This document shows, piece by piece, positions 56,592-64,000 of a stretch of DNA of 64,000 nt. This stretch comes from Candidatus Babeliales bacterium (GTDB lineage Bacteria > Babelota > Babeliae > Babelales > JBFXEV01): positions 1,193,994-1,257,993 of the forward strand of contig JBFXEV010000001.1 of assembly GCA_050179755.1 (NCBI GenBank), written 5' to 3'. The notes beneath the pieces were generated by a model. That model was given only the letters and a program-made list of their open reading frames with translations, was not told the origin of the DNA and searched no databases. How positions within the stretch are numbered: position 1 is the stretch's first letter; every line of letters starts with the position of its first letter. The position numbers and the translations under genes were made by a program.

Positions 56592-57497
56592 TTAAGACCG
56601 TGGGTGTTTCTTATCATACATTTGGCGTAGAAAATCAGTTTCTACATGCGTATAAATTTGCACCGTATTTACATTCTCATGGCCAAGCCATAATTGGAGT
56701 GATCGCAAGTCTGCTCCTTTTTTAAGTAAATGTGTTGCCAAAGAATGGCGCAATTGATGCGGCGATATCGCGCGCTTGATGCCAGCAGCTTCACACATTT
56801 TTTTTACAATGCCCCAGCACGCCTGGCGTGTAATGTGCTTGATAGTATCTGCATACAAAATCGGAAACAAATATTCCACAACCACACCGTTATTATATTT
56901 ATCACAAAATTGTTTATGCGCTGACGCCAAATACGCCCGTATAAGTTCCCACGTGCCTAGTGGTAGTGGTACCAAGCGTTGTTTGCTGCCTTTGCCTTCT
57001 ATGGCAACAAAGCCAGTATCTTGGTGCAATTGGCCTAATCTGATTGCAATGAGTTCGCTAATGCGCATACCAGAGGCATAGAGCAAATGTAAGAGCAATC
57101 TATTGCGTTCACCTAGTTGACTTGCATCAGAACCTGCAACCTGCAATAAATCTTTTACTTCTTGTTCTGTCAAAAATTTGGGCAACGTTTTGGTAATGCG
57201 CGGAGAAATAAGTTCTTGCGCACTATCAGGCCACCCTTCTTTTTGGTGAGCATATTGATAAAACATTTTGAGTGATGAAATTTTACGTGCCATACTCCGT
57301 GCACTTAATTTTTCTTGCTTCAATACTTTTAAGAAAGATTTGATTTCTTGCACAGTGGCTTTTTCAAGAGCAATTTTTTTGCGGTTAAGAAAGGTAAGAT
57401 ATTGCGCAAGATCTTGTTTATATGCGGCAAACGTATTAGCCGAAACGCGTTTTTGAGTGAGTAAATAAGCCTCGAATGAGACAACTATGAGGTGCAT
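56592..57497 (-). CDS. xerD: Tyrosine recombinase, XerD-like
   Basis: SANTFAAYKQDL, LYASGMRISEL, GKGSKQR, SPHQLRHSLATHLL, LGH, TVQIYTHV, HPR. Confidence 0.85.
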   Translation of the reverse strand: MHLIVVSFEAYLLTQKRVSANTFAAYKQDLAQYLTFLNRKKIALEKATVQEIKSFLKVLKQEKLSARSMARKISSLKMFYQYAHQKEGWPDSAQELISPRITKTLPKFLTEQEVKDLLQVAGSDASQLGERNRLLLHLLYASGMRISELIAIRLGQLHQDTGFVAIEGKGSKQRLVPLPLGTWELIRAYLASAHKQFCDKYNNGVVVEYLFPILYADTIKHITRQACWGIVKKMCEAAGIKRAISPHQLRHSLATHLLKKGADLRSLQLWLGHENVNTVQIYTHVETDFLRQMYDKKHPRS

Positions 57498-57662
57498 ATT
57501 TTTCCTTTTTAGAAATTTTTAAAAGCGATCTTTGATACTAGTACTCTCGTTTTACCTGAGAATGCTAAGAAGTCAAGTATGAGTGTACTAAAACTATTGC
57601 ATGCCACAACAAAAAATTCGTATAGTTAATATGCAGAGCGCACTTATGATAAAAGGAGAAAT

Positions 57663-58307
57663 ATGTGTTTTTCAGCAACCAGTAGTTTTATTATGGCAGG
57701 TTCTTTATTTTTTACTACGGTACTGGCTTTACACAAAGCACAGCATAAAAAATTAATTCCCTTGTGCCTCATGCCACTTGGATTTGCCATACAACAAGCT
57801 GCAGAAGGTGTAGTATGGTTAACGATCACTACGCCAAACAACATGCTCCATAGAGTGAGCATCTATACATTTCTAAGTTTTGCCTTTATTATCTGGCCGT
57901 TATGGATACCATTTGCCATTAAAGTATATGAATCACACGAGACCAAAAAAATGTTGCTGTCTCTCTGCCAACTTCTTGGCTTGCTATTTGCGCTCACCGC
58001 TGCATTTTTTTTATTTGCAGCAAAGCCATTAGTAGTTGTAGAAGGAGGCAATCTTGCCTATTACTTTCCCCACAATTTTTTTGCTGGGAAAAGCAGCCTT
58101 GCATGGTATCTTATACCCACCGTGCTCCCTTTTTTATTAATTGGTAGCCGTATTATTGGCACTGCTCTTGGCAGTTTTGCACTCGTTTCACTTGCAGTAA
58201 CCTACTTTGTAACTCCTGCGGGGCTCATTTCCGTATGGTGCTATTTAGCAGCGGTTATGAGCCTCATGATTTTAGGGTTGGTATGGCAAGAAAGTAACAG
58301 AGGTTAA
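57663..58307 (+). CDS. Polytopic membrane protein (DUF6629-like)
   Basis: MCFSATSSF, FAIQQAAEG..W, SVWCY; about 7 TM segments. Confidence 0.7.
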   Translation: MCFSATSSFIMAGSLFFTTVLALHKAQHKKLIPLCLMPLGFAIQQAAEGVVWLTITTPNNMLHRVSIYTFLSFAFIIWPLWIPFAIKVYESHETKKMLLSLCQLLGLLFALTAAFFLFAAKPLVVVEGGNLAYYFPHNFFAGKSSLAWYLIPTVLPFLLIGSRIIGTALGSFALVSLAVTYFVTPAGLISVWCYLAAVMSLMILGLVWQESNRG

Positions 58308-58311
58308 CTAT

Positions 58312-58890
58312 TTAGCTTTTGGCATTGTTGGCATCAAGTTTTGTTTTGTACGCACGTAAATCGTTACGTGCTTTTTGCGCGGTCAATTCAATAACCAAGG
58401 CTACTTGCTCAAGTACGTCACGCACTTCTTTTTTGCTTTTATAGAGGTAGGTTTCTTTAGCAATAGATTTTTGCGCCGCAGTCATAGCATCGATTACTTG
58501 TTGGAGCTTTTGCATTGAGCTGGTGAATAGCGCCTCTTGATACGAACCCCCTTTTGCAAATAAACTATTATAGGTAATTTTAATGGTATTCACCATAAGA
58601 TCATTATTTTCTAAAATAGTCTCGAGTGTACCGTTAAGCTTTTGATCCCCTTTACCCTGAGCTGCTACAAACTTTTTGAGTTCATTCAAAAAGCGATACC
58701 ATTCTTGCGAGGAAAGTGGCTCACCAAATAAATCATCTTTACTAAAGACTCTCGTGTGGTTGCTTGTGAGCGCCATTAATATTCTATCTTTGGAAACAGC
58801 TCCAGAAAGTTCACCTTTTAGGTTTTCCGTTGTTATAAGTAACATCGGCAATACAATGGTAACACCCCATACTGCATGAATAGCTTTCAT
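58312..58890 (-). CDS. Secreted helical hypothetical protein
   Basis: AGGAGG RBS; signal-like N-terminus. Confidence 0.7.
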   Translation of the reverse strand: MKAIHAVWGVTIVLPMLLITTENLKGELSGAVSKDRILMALTSNHTRVFSKDDLFGEPLSSQEWYRFLNELKKFVAAQGKGDQKLNGTLETILENNDLMVNTIKITYNSLFAKGGSYQEALFTSSMQKLQQVIDAMTAAQKSIAKETYLYKSKKEVRDVLEQVALVIELTAQKARNDLRAYKTKLDANNAKS

Positions 58891-58917
58891 AGTAACCTCC
58901 TATTTTATTTAATGTTG

Positions 58918-59355
58918 TTATTCTTTATGAGCTTTAATGAGTTCATGCACATTACGCGTGAGCGCATGAATTTCGTGTGTTAATTTATGAATTTCTGCCG
59001 TGAGATCGTTATTGATATTGATAAGTTTGAGAGAGTTTTCATTCACTTCATAATCATGCTCAGCCTGGGTTCTATCACGTGCTGCCTGGCGATTTTGGCT
59101 CATCATAATAATAGGAGCTGTAAAAGCTGCTTGTGTTGCGAGTAATAAGTTCAGTAGCACAAACGGATATTCGTCCCATTTAAATACCAGCGCTGATACG
59201 TTGAGTATAACCCATGCACACAAAATAATTGCTTGTAGAATAATAAACTTCCAAGAACCCAGTGCTTGTGCAATGCAATCTGCTAATCTGCCGCCTAAAT
59301 TATGGTGATGTTCTTGCAAATGGCGCTGATGCCAGTTATGGCCCATTCTAGACAT
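58918..59355 (-). CDS. DUF1003 membrane protein
   Basis: GSWKFI, DEYPFVLLNL, QAAFTAPIIMMSQNRQ..RD. Confidence 0.9.
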   Translation of the reverse strand: MSRMGHNWHQRHLQEHHHNLGGRLADCIAQALGSWKFIILQAIILCAWVILNVSALVFKWDEYPFVLLNLLLATQAAFTAPIIMMSQNRQAARDRTQAEHDYEVNENSLKLININNDLTAEIHKLTHEIHALTRNVHELIKAHKE

Positions 59356-59375
59356 AGTACTCCCCTTTTTTGCTT

Positions 59376-60800
59376 CTAGTATGACTTGGCAACAAGAATA
59401 TCTTTATTACTTTTTTCAGCGCAATTAAAGCATTCTGCAAATGTTTTTTGGCCAAGTAAGCATCTAATAGTGGCTTGATGCTCCTTTAACTTTTTTTCAC
59501 AATCAGTCTTGCCACACCATCCAGTTTGCCAAAATCCGCCGCTATCTGAAAGAGTTTTACTAAATTCTGCTAGTTTGGCCCCTTTATGCCACATGCTATG
59601 CAAACGTTCATTTGCCCGTTCAAATAGTGTGTGCTGAATTTCGGTTAGTCTGTTCTGTATATACGTGCTCATCTGAGCAAATTGCACAGCTTCTTTTTTA
59701 ATACCCAAGCGATCAGACACCATGCCAGATCCCGCAGCAACATCTCGTGGGCCAACTTCTATGCGCAGAGGTACACCTTTTAATTCATATTCATAGAATT
59801 TAACACCCGGTGAGCGTTGTTCATCTTCATCAAGATGCACCCGCACACCATCGGCTGCAAGTGTATCTTTGAGTTTACGTACCGCTTCTTTAATTTCTTC
59901 TGTGTTGGCGTTCTTAATAAAGATTGGTACAATCACCACCTGCATTGGCGCGACTTTTGGTGGGATAATGAGTCCCTTTTGATCGCCATGCACCATAATG
60001 GCAGCTCCTACCACGCGCGTAGTAAAGCCCCAACTGGTCAAATGTGGATAGGCCATATTACCATTTCTATCTTGGAACTTCATATCAAATGCTTTTGCAA
60101 AGTTTTGTGAAATCACGTGTGAAGTACACATTTGAAGCGCTTTGCCATCTGGCATCATGGCTTCAATAGTGCGTGTGCTATCAGCTCCCGCAAATTTTTC
60201 ACTTTCTGATTTGTAACCTTTGACTGCAGGGATTGCAAGATAGTTTGAAATGGTATCGTAATATTCATTGAGCATGGTATCAGCCTCTTGATCAGCCTCT
60301 TGCGCAGTTTCATGCGCGGTATGGCCTTCTTGCCAATGAAATTCGGTGGTGCGCAAAAATGGACGCGTGCGCAGTTCCCAACGCACTACGTTTGCCCATT
60401 GGTTAATTTTCATGGGTAAATCGCGCCATGAATTGATCCATTTTGCAAACATAAAATGAATTATTGTCTCAGAAGTTGGGCGGACCACCAGTGGTTCATC
60501 AAGTACTTTGCCTCCTGCATGGGTGACTACCGCAAGCTCTGGTGCAAAGCCTTGCACGTGAGAAGCTTCCTTTTGCAAAAATGACATAGGAATAAATAAA
60601 GGAAATGCAGCATTTTGCGTGCCGTTCTTTTTAATTTTTTCATCAAGAACTTGTTTTACATTTTCCCAAATTGCATACCCATAGGGCCGGATGACCATAG
60701 TACCACGAACGGGTCCTAAATCAACCAGTTCAGCTTTGTAGACTACATCATTGTACCAATCAGCAAAATGGGTGGATATGTCTGGTAATGTCTTGCTCAT
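59376..60800 (-). CDS. proS: Proline--tRNA ligase (archaeal/eukaryote-like type)
   Basis: VRPTSET, NQWANVVRWE, PFLRTTEFHWQEGHTAH, GVPLRIEVGPRD, C-terminal AKSY. Confidence 0.96.
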   Translation of the reverse strand: MSKTLPDISTHFADWYNDVVYKAELVDLGPVRGTMVIRPYGYAIWENVKQVLDEKIKKNGTQNAAFPLFIPMSFLQKEASHVQGFAPELAVVTHAGGKVLDEPLVVRPTSETIIHFMFAKWINSWRDLPMKINQWANVVRWELRTRPFLRTTEFHWQEGHTAHETAQEADQEADTMLNEYYDTISNYLAIPAVKGYKSESEKFAGADSTRTIEAMMPDGKALQMCTSHVISQNFAKAFDMKFQDRNGNMAYPHLTSWGFTTRVVGAAIMVHGDQKGLIIPPKVAPMQVVIVPIFIKNANTEEIKEAVRKLKDTLAADGVRVHLDEDEQRSPGVKFYEYELKGVPLRIEVGPRDVAAGSGMVSDRLGIKKEAVQFAQMSTYIQNRLTEIQHTLFERANERLHSMWHKGAKLAEFSKTLSDSGGFWQTGWCGKTDCEKKLKEHQATIRCLLGQKTFAECFNCAEKSNKDILVAKSY

Positions 60801-60935
60801 AGTTCTTTACTTACGATAAAATTAAGTTAAATAGGATCTTTAAACAAGATTATTATACTGGAAAATTAGCAACAGGTAAAAATTTGATCATTACGAGCAA
60901 GGAGCAAGCCATACATTAATTCTAGAGGAGAGAGA

Positions 60936-61844
60936 ATGAGGAGGTTGTATAGTGCGCTGCTTTTACTAGCTTCGCTTAAAGATGGTATAGAAGCAATACC
61001 GTCGCCAGCATGTTTTTCGTTATATAAACATGCAAGAAAACAAGATGAGATAATCTATCTTTTTGCCCATGGCTTACGCTCATCGCAAAATCAAGGACTT
61101 ACGCTCTTCTCTAATCATTACAATAAGCATTCGTGGATTATTCAACAACCGTTTATGTTATTTGATTTTCCGGATGCACATGAAAAAAAAGGATATTGCC
61201 GAGACGAGCATGTTAATCTTGGTCAAGAAGAAGACATTGAGCGTATGAAGTTAGCATACGAATACGCCATTAAAAAATTACCTCAAAGCGAGGGTTTTGT
61301 GCTCACCGGTATTTCGCGGGGTGCTGCAACATGCATAAATTTTGTAGCAATGCATCAACCTGAACGAGTCAAAGCGGTGGTCATAGAATCACCGTTTGAT
61401 ACCATTAAAAGTGTGGTAAATCATCTGCTTAATAGATTTAATTTGAGTTGGATGCCTTATTCTAGTGATATTGGCATGATGCTTATTGACACCAAATTTG
61501 AAAGACTAGATACTCAAGGTATTTTTCCCGTTGACCTCATTGCGCATATACCTGGTCATGTGCCTATACTTATCGTAGGTTCACATTCAGATGACGTAGT
61601 GCCTATTGCAAGCGTACGCAAATTATACACCGCGCTAAAGCGAACGGGGCATGCGCACGTATACTTACTGGAATTGTCTGCGGGCCGGCATGGGCGCCTT
61701 ATTAAGGGTGAGCAAGGGCCCTTATATGCTGCATGCGTACATGCATTTTATGAGCGCTATGGTTTGCCACATGTTCCGGAGTTAGTTGAATATGGTAGAG
61801 AAATTCTTGCCCAGTGCCAGCCTGAGGTGGTCGGTTTTTGGTAA
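60936..61844 (+). CDS. Secreted alpha/beta hydrolase
   Basis: FAHGL, GISRGAA nucleophile elbow, ESPFD, DDVVP, GRH. Confidence 0.88.
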   Translation: MRRLYSALLLLASLKDGIEAIPSPACFSLYKHARKQDEIIYLFAHGLRSSQNQGLTLFSNHYNKHSWIIQQPFMLFDFPDAHEKKGYCRDEHVNLGQEEDIERMKLAYEYAIKKLPQSEGFVLTGISRGAATCINFVAMHQPERVKAVVIESPFDTIKSVVNHLLNRFNLSWMPYSSDIGMMLIDTKFERLDTQGIFPVDLIAHIPGHVPILIVGSHSDDVVPIASVRKLYTALKRTGHAHVYLLELSAGRHGRLIKGEQGPLYAACVHAFYERYGLPHVPELVEYGREILAQCQPEVVGFW

Positions 61845-62006
61845 TTGAATTAATTAAAACCGATTTGCCCGAGCGGGCACTTATTTTCAAGAAAAGGGAA
61901 GTAAGTTGAGGGGTTGCGTAAGAAATTAAAAGAAGCTACGCTTTTTAAATAATGCTACCTTGTTCGCGTCAATAATGTGTAATGCCAAGCAAAAGGAAGT
62001 CTGCCA

Positions 62007-63005
62007 ATGAAGCGGCTTATATACATTACTCTCGTATGTTTTGTGCAAACAACATGGTGTATGGATGCATTGTGGATTGATGAAGAAGATACAATCATTC
62101 TAAATTCACTTACGCAATCAGTGCATCAGCGCTATTATTATATTGCACGCTTAAGCAAAGTACATGAGCTACTCAAAACGCTGCAGTGTACGTGCCCCAT
62201 CTTGACACAAGAATTTCAAACTCTATCATATCTTGCGCCCGAGCATCCACGCATTATACAATGCATTAACGAATTACAAACTAGCCGCACATGCGAGCCT
62301 CTTTTGGCAGTATGGCAGGAAATTAAGGCATACAAATATCTTGAGGATGAGCAATGTATTAAAGAATATTCTTCTCTTGTTTGCATTATAGCGCAACAAT
62401 TGATTACTGCATTGCAAGAGAAATTATCTGCCGATGATAAAAAAACCCTTACTATCTTGCTTAATCGAGCAACGTATGAAAACGAAGCAGTTAACTCACC
62501 TGATATTGTTTATCGTTATTATATTATAAAACGTCTTAGAAAAGTCATGCAATTACTTAAATTATATGAACTTATGCCACTTAATTGTGCGATCAGTGCT
62601 TATTTACCCGATTCTACGCACGCAAAGATTGCACAATGTGCCGATGCTATGGAAAAAAGTAACACGTTTGCTCCATTGCTTACACTTCTAAAAGAATTTG
62701 AATGCTATCAAGGACTGGAAGATGTGGCAAGCATCTATCAAATGTTACATTTAATTTTACTGGTAGAGCAACAAGTTCTTGTGCCACAGCACTTGCCTGA
62801 TGCTCATGCACGTTTTACTGCTTCTTCTAAATCAGTTGAAAGTCTTTCTGTTGAAGAACTATTAAAGTCAATTGATATCATGACAGCTCACCTTGAACCT
62901 TATGCACGTAAAGAGAAAAAAGTTGCCGCGTTACCTTCAGTATGCATGTTAGCAGCATTGGCTTGTAGCAGTTTTGTTACTTGGTATGCACTGAGCAAGA
63001 TATGA
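62007..63005 (+). CDS. Secreted protein with two RYY..RL repeats and C-terminal TM
   Basis: TWC-MD; internal repeat; hydrophobic tail. Confidence 0.75.
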   Translation: MKRLIYITLVCFVQTTWCMDALWIDEEDTIILNSLTQSVHQRYYYIARLSKVHELLKTLQCTCPILTQEFQTLSYLAPEHPRIIQCINELQTSRTCEPLLAVWQEIKAYKYLEDEQCIKEYSSLVCIIAQQLITALQEKLSADDKKTLTILLNRATYENEAVNSPDIVYRYYIIKRLRKVMQLLKLYELMPLNCAISAYLPDSTHAKIAQCADAMEKSNTFAPLLTLLKEFECYQGLEDVASIYQMLHLILLVEQQVLVPQHLPDAHARFTASSKSVESLSVEELLKSIDIMTAHLEPYARKEKKVAALPSVCMLAALACSSFVTWYALSKI

Positions 63006-63012
63006 GGCCAAG

Positions 63013-64000
63013 ATGAAAAAAATATTTAGTATCCTTTGTATGCTAGGGCTATTACTGCCACAATATGGTAAGCCTGTATCAAACACTATTCGTGACTTGC
63101 TTGCCCAAGAACATAATCTTGATGGCAATCAGTTTTGCAACTATGTATATCGACGCTATTATTTTGTAAAACGATTGACGACTACCATGCTATTATTTTT
63201 GGATGTAGAAGATCGCATTAACAAAAATAAGTATAAAAAAATACAACTTGATAGTTTATTTGATTTTAATGATACGGCACAGTTTAAAGATATGCGCATT
63301 CAGCGATCAGTAGACGGAATGCAGCAAAAAAGAAGCCTCAAGCCGCTCTTTATGATTTGGGAAGAATTTCATAGCTATACATCTATTAAAGATCAAATTT
63401 TTGTAGAAGAATTTACCAAAGAAGTATTTATTATTTCTCGCAACATGCTCATTACATTAGCCGCGCATGACGAATTTGTTGTGGTGCCTCCTATTCGCGC
63501 TACTGCTACTGCCGAGCAACTGCTCAATGATATAGATTTTATGACCGATATGATTTATAAGTTAGAAAACAATCTCCCCATCGACGATTTGCAAGCCATG
63601 CAACAACATCGCGATGTTGATCTTCATACGTTTGCGCATATCAATGACGTTATGATGCGTTATTATGTAATCAAGCGCCTTAAAAATGCTTGTTCTCATT
63701 TACCAATTATTGCCTATTATAATCCGCGTATGAGCAAAAACATAACTTGGCATCACCCGCTTATTGTTTCATGTGTGCATGTTATGGAGCAATCGCGCGC
63801 TGTTGACCCGCTCATTGAACTTTGGGATGACGTATTGCAGTATAAATATGTGCAAGACGATTTGTTTATGCATGAATTTGCGCAACTTGTATTAGTCATC
63901 TACGCCAATGCCATGAATGAATATGCACAAAAAAATACATCTTTAACAAAAAATGCGCTTTCTACAGCAATAGCAGTCTATCAAGTAATTGATAAGCTCC
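63013..64000 (+). CDS. Paralogous RYY-repeat secreted protein (runs off window)
   Basis: Open frame MKKIFSILCMLGLLLPQYG...RRYYFVKRL...MRYYVIKRL... to the window end. Confidence 0.8.
   Translation, partial: MKKIFSILCMLGLLLPQYGKPVSNTIRDLLAQEHNLDGNQFCNYVYRRYYFVKRLTTTMLLFLDVEDRINKNKYKKIQLDSLFDFNDTAQFKDMRIQRSVDGMQQKRSLKPLFMIWEEFHSYTSIKDQIFVEEFTKEVFIISRNMLITLAAHDEFVVVPPIRATATAEQLLNDIDFMTDMIYKLENNLPIDDLQAMQQHRDVDLHTFAHINDVMMRYYVIKRLKNACSHLPIIAYYNPRMSKNITWHHPLIVSCVHVMEQSRAVDPLIELWDDVLQYKYVQDDLFMHEFAQLVLVIYANAMNEYAQKNTSLTKNALSTAIAVYQVIDKL

Noticed and set aside
56592..57497. Tyrosine recombinase as prophage/island integrase
   Set aside because: Size and motifs fit chromosomal XerD/XerC; no att/tRNA site or phage genes nearby.
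62990..63005. C-terminal SKI as peroxisomal PTS1 (and HSSEL of 16014 as ER retention)
   Set aside because: Single short matches expected by chance, unlike the triple CaaX.
1..64000. tRNA, rRNA, transposase, reverse transcriptase or named defence genes
   Set aside because: No recognisable signatures found by eye; a tRNAscan/Infernal run would be needed to exclude divergent RNAs.

Overview
This is a gene-dense, AT-rich bacterial chromosome segment. Housekeeping genes (pepA, ftsW, murD, ileS, rplI, dnaB, ruvC, recF, dnaN, xerD-like, archaeal-type proS) are interspersed with about 15 signal-peptide-bearing ankyrin proteins and other secreted hypotheticals. That make-up suggests a protist-infecting intracellular bacterium such as Babelota/Dependentiae (TM6); this is inference, not a database result. 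Main highlights: (1) three tandem ankyrin genes each end in a CaaX-like motif, and for two of them the CaaX codons double as the first codons of the next gene (16-nt overlaps); (2) about 18 secreted proteins have Met right after the predicted signal peptide, mostly followed by D/E/N/Q; (3) ankyrin proteins with C-terminal F-box-like motifs; (4) a signal peptide-Hint-toxin gene plus a probable immunity gene; (5) a candidate anti-RBS small RNA; (6) a symmetric ~290-bp multi-hairpin element; (7) an apparently exact 699-bp tandem duplication making a chimeric ORF; (8) an unrecognised repeat-domain family at the right end; (9) an acidic insertion in IleRS. No rRNA, tRNA, CRISPR array or transposase was seen. 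All functional calls are from motif recognition by eye.
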